Shown: positions 58,488 to 64,000 of the stretch, piece after piece
How the letters are laid out: each line of letters begins with the position of its first letter
How positions within the stretch are numbered: the stretch's first letter is position 1
Origin: Parcubacteria group bacterium GW2011_GWA2_47_26
Lineage (GTDB): Bacteria > Patescibacteriota > Patescibacteriia > GWA2-47-26
NCBI GenBank assembly: GCA_001001705.1
Contig: LCOG01000001.1
Span: 22,449-86,448, forward strand
DNA length: 64,000 bases
Reading direction: 5' to 3'
Program-made: the position numbers and the translations under genes
Notes under the pieces: generated by a model
What the model was told of the DNA's origin: nothing
Databases searched by the model: none
The model's input: only the letters and a program-made list of their open reading frames with translations

Positions 58488-59032
58488 GTTAAATCGGGGT
58501 TCAATTTACCAAATAGTAATTCGTCAATATACGAATCTCGAAATCGAACATGCTGCTTTTTCCTTCCCTCTTCAAAAAATCCTAGCTTGAGAAAGGCTTT
58601 TATTGAACCGATGTTATTTTCGTAGGCACCGGCCGTCACCTTATGAAGATGCAGCGTACCAAACGCGTATTCCACAAGAAGTCGGATCGCTTGAGTGGCA
58701 AATCCTCTCCCCCAAGAATTTTGATCTCCAATCATAATGCCGATACTTCCCACGCTATGATGAGGATCAATCGGCCCCAACTTGATATTGCCAATATGCT
58801 CATTGGTGTCTTTTTTCACAATCGCGAACAAATACACCGCGGGGTCTTTTATAACTTTCTCAATATAAGCCCGAACACTCTCTTTCGTATGTACTATAAA
58901 TCTACTCTCAAGAAATTGATTCACCTCCGGAATATTAAGCCAATGCACATATGTATCCGTAGCGTCGGCCGGCTGAATCGGACTAAGATAGATGGTCTCG
59001 CCCTCGAGGCGTAATTGACTATTATCGTGCAT
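58484..59032 (-). CDS. GNAT N-acetyltransferase (RimJ/RimL-like)
   Basis: Start taken at ATG 59032 (MHDNSQLRLEGETIYLSPIQ). ATG 59047 is also possible, and the track start 59086 is GTG. IGIMIGDQNSWGRGFATQAIRLLVEYAF. Confidence 0.75.
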   Translation of the reverse strand: MHDNSQLRLEGETIYLSPIQPADATDTYVHWLNIPEVNQFLESRFIVHTKESVRAYIEKVIKDPAVYLFAIVKKDTNEHIGNIKLGPIDPHHSVGSIGIMIGDQNSWGRGFATQAIRLLVEYAFGTLHLHKVTAGAYENNIGSIKAFLKLGFFEEGRKKQHVRFRDSYIDELLFGKLNPDLT

Positions 59033-60209
59033 AAGGCAAAAGCGCATCGTATACTTGCTTGAATAGAAAATTCTTTTCCTTATCACTTAGTGATATATCT
59101 GTATGAGAAGGGGTAAGTATTTTTTTTCTCAACAACTCGCGCTCATACTCTGTTTCCCAAGTATCGTAGTTATTTCTCCATCCTACCGCTCGCGCATCAT
59201 CTTCTTTTAAAAACGACATCACCGCTTCAGTCGGTAGTCCCCCTTGATATTCCTTGGTTTCATATCCAAATAGGCGCATTTCCGGATCGCATACAAACTC
59301 AATGAATTCCACTGTTCCTTTTGGAAGATATTCTTTCCAAGCTTCAATGCTTTCGGTATACACTCCTTTTTCGGGAACTTTAAAATTACTGTGTACTTTC
59401 CATTCCGTACCTTTCAAGGGACGAAATTTATCCGTATCAAGCATGGCCTCATCATAGTCCACCCCAAGAAATACGCATAATTCCTTAATTATTCTTGCCG
59501 GATCGGATGCTAAATCTTCATATCGTAACAAATATATCCGGCCGTGGAGAGCTGGGTCCTGCGTAAGCATGTGCGCGAATGCCGCATGCTTTCTCCAGTG
59601 ACGAGCGAATGAATACATAAGCGGAACCTTTCCCGCTTTTGAGGGATCCCTTTCTCTTAACTTAAGAGATGAGGCCATGGCCGCACGCGGATCACGTATT
59701 ACGATAATACATTTTGAATTCGGAAATGCTCGAGCCAAAATCGGTAAAAATTCTATTACCCAATTATCATTGAACCCCACCCATGCAGCGCTCTCGGCTC
59801 CGTATGCTTTTTCCAAAATATGGAGACCGCTGGCAAATAACTGCTCGTAGGTAGCTCCTTGAAGTTCTTTCAAAAATGGAGTTACCTCTTGTGCCGCCAA
59901 ACTCATTCTTGCGGACAACTCCGGAACGAGGCGCTCCAATTCTCCGGAGGGAAGTGAAAACCTCAAATCACTGCATTGTATTGCCTTCATCATTGCGATC
60001 TTGTCATCCGAAAAGTAATAATCGTTTAATGGCTGCGCCACGCTAAAACCGGGGTCAATTTTATTTTGAAGGACTGCTGTACGAAAAGAACGAAACAACG
60101 GCAAAAAAGGATCACTCGCCATTTTCACTTCTACATTGATACTCAACATGCGAGCAAAAAAAGTGGTTCCACCTCTTGAAGTTCCCACTGAAAAAAGCGG
60201 ATTACTCAT
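59022..60209 (-). CDS. Sulfotransferase
   Basis: FSVGTSRGGTTFFARML (5'-PSB-like) and IIVIRDPRAAMAS (3'-PB-like). ATGA overlap with the cysC fusion. Confidence 0.75.
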   Translation of the reverse strand: MSNPLFSVGTSRGGTTFFARMLSINVEVKMASDPFLPLFRSFRTAVLQNKIDPGFSVAQPLNDYYFSDDKIAMMKAIQCSDLRFSLPSGELERLVPELSARMSLAAQEVTPFLKELQGATYEQLFASGLHILEKAYGAESAAWVGFNDNWVIEFLPILARAFPNSKCIIVIRDPRAAMASSLKLRERDPSKAGKVPLMYSFARHWRKHAAFAHMLTQDPALHGRIYLLRYEDLASDPARIIKELCVFLGVDYDEAMLDTDKFRPLKGTEWKVHSNFKVPEKGVYTESIEAWKEYLPKGTVEFIEFVCDPEMRLFGYETKEYQGGLPTEAVMSFLKEDDARAVGWRNNYDTWETEYERELLRKKILTPSHTDISLSDKEKNFLFKQVYDALLPYAR

Positions 60210-61006
60210 AGATGACTTTTAATAAATACGTACAGCGATGTTACCGCATCGTTTTGATTTTGTACAGCGGTATCAATTAAGAGATCGGGCGACGTTGGTG
60301 GCTCATAAGGATTGGTCGGGCTATACCCAATCATTGAATCAATCTCTCCGGCAACCGCTTTGGCGTACAATCCTTTTGTATCTCGTTCCATACACTTCTC
60401 AAGTGGACATCTTACATAGACTTCGGCGAAATCAGATCCAATAATGTGTTTAACCGCCTCTCGATCTTCTCGATACGGCGAGATGACCGGAACTAAAACA
60501 ATCTCAACTTCTTCTTTTTTTTCTTTCGCAAGTCGAGCAATCCCCAGATTATTTTCTCGAATATCTTCACGAGAAAATCCTAATTTCCGGTGAACCGTTT
60601 CTCTCACGGCATCACCATCAAGTACGATCACGCGTTTACCGTCTGCTTCAAGACAGTTTTTCACTGCATGGGCGAGAGTGGTTTTTCCCGATCCGGAAAG
60701 ACCCGTAAGCCATACTACTAAGCCATGACGATTTTTTTTAGCATGTTCAGATTTTATGATTCGTATGTAGAGAATAATACAAATAAACAAAAGTACAAGA
60801 GCTAACGCATATTTAATTTGCAGCGGCGGTTGCTGAATTCTTGTAGCGTATGCCAAAGCAATAATGTTGGCAAAAAAAGACAATAACAATAACAGAAAAC
60901 TCAGTCCTTTGACTGTTTTAGTCTTAATAGTCTTAACAATCTGGGGGATGAAGCAAACGGTAAATAAGAATGTTGCCATCCAACCGAGAATTTCAGTGAG
61001 GGACAT
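60206..61006 (-). CDS. cysC: Fusion: PQ-loop/SemiSWEET-like three-helix membrane domain + adenylylsulfate (APS) kinase
   Basis: N-terminal FLFTVCFIPQIVKTIKTKTVKGLSF plus two more helices. Then WLTGLSGSGKTT, LDGDAVR, ISPYREDR, KGLYAKAVAGEI. Confidence 0.85.
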   Translation of the reverse strand: MSLTEILGWMATFLFTVCFIPQIVKTIKTKTVKGLSFLLLLLSFFANIIALAYATRIQQPPLQIKYALALVLLFICIILYIRIIKSEHAKKNRHGLVVWLTGLSGSGKTTLAHAVKNCLEADGKRVIVLDGDAVRETVHRKLGFSREDIRENNLGIARLAKEKKEEVEIVLVPVISPYREDREAVKHIIGSDFAEVYVRCPLEKCMERDTKGLYAKAVAGEIDSMIGYSPTNPYEPPTSPDLLIDTAVQNQNDAVTSLYVFIKSHL

Positions 61007-61007
61007 A

Positions 61008-63263
61008 TTATTCTTTTACAAATACCTCCTCTCCTTGCTCAATCGCCTTTTTGATCATCTGCGCGATTTCCGGGCGAATGAACCACTCCGGCGGCAGCTC
61101 CCCGCTCTCAAATAATTTGCGTGCCTGCGTTCCGCTAATCTGAAGTCGATCTTCCGGCGGATGCGCCATCGCTTCCCATTCATGCATATGAGATCCGAGA
61201 TTCTCTGAGTAAAAAATTTGACCAAAACGAATTGGCGTGATTCCAAGATCAGGGAACCGGTCAAAGATTTCGTGCGACGCGGTCGGAGCATAAAAATCCC
61301 CGACACCGGTATGATCACGTCCGACTATAAAATGACTACAGCCAAAATTCTTCCGACAAATAGCCGTAAATAATGCCTCACGCGGGCCGGCATAGCGCGA
61401 GAAGGTTGCGAGCGTACCAAAAATCACTTTATTTTTTGGATAAAAATGCTGCATCATCAGTTCGTAACCGCGTATGATATAGGACGCTTGAAAATCCCCG
61501 GCCTTCTTTTTCCCAATAACCGGATGCACAAACAATCCGTCGCAAAAATTATCCTCCAAGGCTTTGAGCTGAATATATTCATGCGAGCGATGGATCACAT
61601 TGCGCGTATGGAACCCCACGACTTTGCGCCAGCCGCGCTCCGCAAACAATCGTCGCGTCTGTGCTGGCGTGAGTTCATAGGCTTTCGTGGACGTCTCTCG
61701 CCGAGAGAGTAAATCAATCGTACCGCCCAGAAGAACCGGTTTCATGTTCTTTACTCGTCGAACCCCGGGATGATCATTGCTAAGCGTGCCGTAGAGTTTT
61801 TCCGCAAAAAACTCTTTGTCGATCGTGAAGATATCCTCTAGGCGCAAAAAAGCCATCGGCAGATCCTGACGATCGGCGTATAGCCCGATCGTCTGCCCAA
61901 TTTTAAGATTTTTCGCCTGCTCTTGATTGACATCAAGTATCACTGGAATCGGCCAAATAACGCCGCTTGGCAGACGCATAGTATTAAGCACACTCTCAAC
62001 CTCGCCTCGGGTCATAAATCCTTGCAATGGACTAAACGTCCCGATGCCGATCTGTTCTACATCCATTTGCGCTAATTCATCCAATTGAATTCTTGACAGA
62101 GCTGAAAAATCGGTGTTGGGAATAGTTTTCAGCATGCGATCGACAAGGACTCCACCATGTGGTGGCACCAAAAGCGTGCCATATGAAGATATTGTCAGGT
62201 ACTCGTTCATCTTCAGATGGGCAACCAAATCTTGATCTCTCGTATTGAGAATTGGTTCCGGAACCGCATTGCCCACATGCGAAATAATTTTCTGTAGTGT
62301 CTGGACACAGTCAAATGGATATTTTCCGATTGCCGTTTCAGCAGCCAGGGCAAGTCCGCCTGCTCCGTCCAGGATGCAGCTGACAATATCATGCACCTCG
62401 GCCCGTGTTGGTTTTGGTTTATCTACCATTGTCTCGAGCAAGTTTGTCGCCACAAACACCTCTTTCCCGTGTTCTCTGGCCGCACTGATAATAATTTTTT
62501 GCAACAAAGGCACTTTTTCAATCGGTACTTCTTTACTCAAATCTCCTCGATCAATCAACAGATAATCTGACGCCTTGATGATCTCATCCAAGTTGTGGAG
62601 AGCGTCGACACATTCAATTTTTGAAATAATCTTCATCCGTCCTTGCGTTGCACGCCGCACCTCTTCCACGAATGCGCGCGAACGCATAAACGATGCTGCA
62701 ATCGTACTCACGCCTTTTTGTAAACCGATCTCAATGCCGCGATAATCTTTTTCTGTAAGGCAAGGCAAATTCCACCTACGGTGCGACGATGGATCAACTA
62801 TAACACCTTTATTACTTCCGAGCGCACCGGCAGAGATGGCCGTTGCCAACACACATCCACTATCACGCTTAGAAACATCAGTCACTTGCAATACGAGTGT
62901 TCCAAAATCCAGATGTAAAATATCTCCCAACTCGAGCTGAAAAACGATCGGGAAGGGACGAAGTGCCAGGGCATCGCCGCCACTGGTCACTTCATCGGCG
63001 CATAATCGTACCGTGCCCCCCTCTTCAATCTCAATCTTTTCACCCTGCACATTTCCACTGCGAATCTGTGACCCTTCTGTATCCAACACAAATGGAATCC
63101 CCACGTCTTTAGCAAGATCGATAAAATTCTCAAGATCTTCAAGACTCGAGTGAGACATGTTCACCCGCACAAATGATACGCCTTGATCTTTGAGTTTTTG
63201 CAGTGCCTCGCGGCTGCGTGTTGCGGGACCGAGAGTGACAATAATTGCAGGTTTGCGTTCCAT
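61008..63263 (-). CDS. sat: Fusion: pyruvate-kinase-like A/B-domain barrel + full ATP sulfurylase (sulfate adenylyltransferase)
   Basis: N-terminal half: IIVTLGPATRS, FVRVNMSHSS, VLDTEGSQIRSG, KIISKIECVDAL, LIDRGDLSKEVP, LALAAETAIGKYP. C-terminal half: LVPPHGG, GFHTRNVIHRSHE, VHPVIGKKKAGD, IVGRDHTGVG. Single uninterrupted 751-aa ORF. Confidence 0.85.
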   Translation of the reverse strand: MERKPAIIVTLGPATRSREALQKLKDQGVSFVRVNMSHSSLEDLENFIDLAKDVGIPFVLDTEGSQIRSGNVQGEKIEIEEGGTVRLCADEVTSGGDALALRPFPIVFQLELGDILHLDFGTLVLQVTDVSKRDSGCVLATAISAGALGSNKGVIVDPSSHRRWNLPCLTEKDYRGIEIGLQKGVSTIAASFMRSRAFVEEVRRATQGRMKIISKIECVDALHNLDEIIKASDYLLIDRGDLSKEVPIEKVPLLQKIIISAAREHGKEVFVATNLLETMVDKPKPTRAEVHDIVSCILDGAGGLALAAETAIGKYPFDCVQTLQKIISHVGNAVPEPILNTRDQDLVAHLKMNEYLTISSYGTLLVPPHGGVLVDRMLKTIPNTDFSALSRIQLDELAQMDVEQIGIGTFSPLQGFMTRGEVESVLNTMRLPSGVIWPIPVILDVNQEQAKNLKIGQTIGLYADRQDLPMAFLRLEDIFTIDKEFFAEKLYGTLSNDHPGVRRVKNMKPVLLGGTIDLLSRRETSTKAYELTPAQTRRLFAERGWRKVVGFHTRNVIHRSHEYIQLKALEDNFCDGLFVHPVIGKKKAGDFQASYIIRGYELMMQHFYPKNKVIFGTLATFSRYAGPREALFTAICRKNFGCSHFIVGRDHTGVGDFYAPTASHEIFDRFPDLGITPIRFGQIFYSENLGSHMHEWEAMAHPPEDRLQISGTQARKLFESGELPPEWFIRPEIAQMIKKAIEQGEEVFVKE

Positions 63264-63271
63264 ACTACCAT

Positions 63272-64000
63272 TTAATGATGCACTATGGTTCGGAGTCGCT
63301 GATCCATATTCCAGGGCCGAGCGTCTTTTTTGCGCACCAAACCATTTTTTTCCATTGATTGAAAATAGGGATAGATCTCATCGAATCGGCAGTTGAGTGC
63401 GCGGGCGATCTGAAGCACTGATGTGCTTCCATCTAATAAATGATAGACGATATTGAAATTCCGCACGTGTGATTCACGTTCATAAATCGCGTCTGCAAAT
63501 AAATCATACCGACTCATCCAAAATGGTACAGAATGTACAGATTCAAAAACCGCATCTTGCTCAAGCACATTCACCATATGCATTACAATCTCATGCGCCC
63601 GAGTCATATCTTGTTCTTGAATGCGATCAGGTGTGTCATTGCTTGTGTGATATTGTATAAACGGATATTTCATGAGCGCGAGCGATGAAATCCCCACTTG
63701 TACCGCATCAAAAATATATTCGTCATTCCCGGTCAAACTCCAAAATGGGCTGGTGCCAATGTCATTGAATACACGAGCGCATTCTGCTGCAACGGTATCC
63801 AAATAGCTCTCGCCTGTGCGCGTGGCTTTTAAGTACCACTTCTCCCCGTACCCCACTGAGTCTGAAAACAATGATCCAAAGACGTGCTTGATCTTTTCCG
63901 GATCAGAGGCAATGTAAACCGCAGAACCGATAGTTTCCGGAACAATGAGCAGTCGATAGGTATAGCGCCGCTTGGACTCTCGTGAGAGGGCCTGCATAAT
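63272..64000 (-). CDS. Aminopeptidase-like (M28-fold, DUF4910-type) protein with a C-terminal winged-helix domain; 5' end cut by window edge
   Basis: The frame stays open to base 64000. YRLLIVPETIGSAVYI, YHTSNDTPD, and C-terminal VLQIARALNCRFDEIYPYFQSMEKNGLVRKK. Confidence 0.55.
   Translation of the reverse strand: MMQALSRESKRRYTYRLLIVPETIGSAVYIASDPEKIKHVFGSLFSDSVGYGEKWYLKATRTGESYLDTVAAECARVFNDIGTSPFWSLTGNDEYIFDAVQVGISSLALMKYPFIQYHTSNDTPDRIQEQDMTRAHEIVMHMVNVLEQDAVFESVHSVPFWMSRYDLFADAIYERESHVRNFNIVYHLLDGSTSVLQIARALNCRFDEIYPYFQSMEKNGLVRKKDARPWNMDQRLRTIVHH

Overview
The whole 64 kb window lies inside one very large, tightly packed glycan biosynthesis locus (capsule, O-antigen, S-layer glycan or protein glycan type). 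I call 58 CDS, 57 of them on the minus strand. Many are joined by ATGA or other short start/stop overlaps, and both window edges cut genes of the locus. I saw no rRNA, tRNA, CRISPR, transposase, integrase or phage genes. Reading in the direction of transcription (right to left): (1) 64000-59022 holds a sulfate-activation block with two unusual fusions, pyruvate-kinase-like + ATP sulfurylase and PQ-loop/SemiSWEET-like + APS kinase, plus a sulfotransferase. (2) 59032-43442 holds a legionaminic-acid-like nonulosonic acid pathway (dehydratase, aminotransferase, NeuC- and NeuB-type enzymes, CBS-nucleotidyltransferase, CMP-transferase). It also has an acetamidino module (PP-loop amidotransferase + HisH/HisF paralogues) and decoration genes (ATP-grasp, PHP phosphatase, 2-hydroxyacid dehydrogenase, methyltransferases, GNAT). 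(3) 43445-25500 holds a second sulfotransferase, a KpsS/KpsC-like enzyme, an MsbA/PglK-type ABC exporter, a FemAB-like/GNAT/PIG-L trio, a WbpB/WbpE/WbpD-like diacetamido-sugar trio, UDP-xylose synthase, an AsnB paralogue without the Cys nucleophile, and Gmd + ColD-like + Fcl/ColC-like genes (GDP-fucose or GDP-colitose). (4) One plus-strand gene sits at 24601-25503. (5) 24452-8113 looks like a 15-gene unit that runs from a putative leaderless promoter to a clear intrinsic terminator. It encodes GT4s, a Wzy_C-family protein with a Pro/Ala tandem repeat, GT2s, a C-methyltransferase, a 2-epimerase, an LtaS/EptA-like enzyme and a DUF2079-like membrane protein. (6) 7941-1 encodes AsnB, GT4s, an SDR, a cupin, a WecA-like initiating transferase and a CapD-like protein. 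The most unusual signals are the two sulfate-activation fusions and a family of GC-rich nested-hairpin repeats. Seven copies of that repeat lie between 7.1 and 23.9 kb, and five of them are inserted in frame inside otherwise recognisable genes. All function calls come from motif recognition by eye, because no database search was possible.
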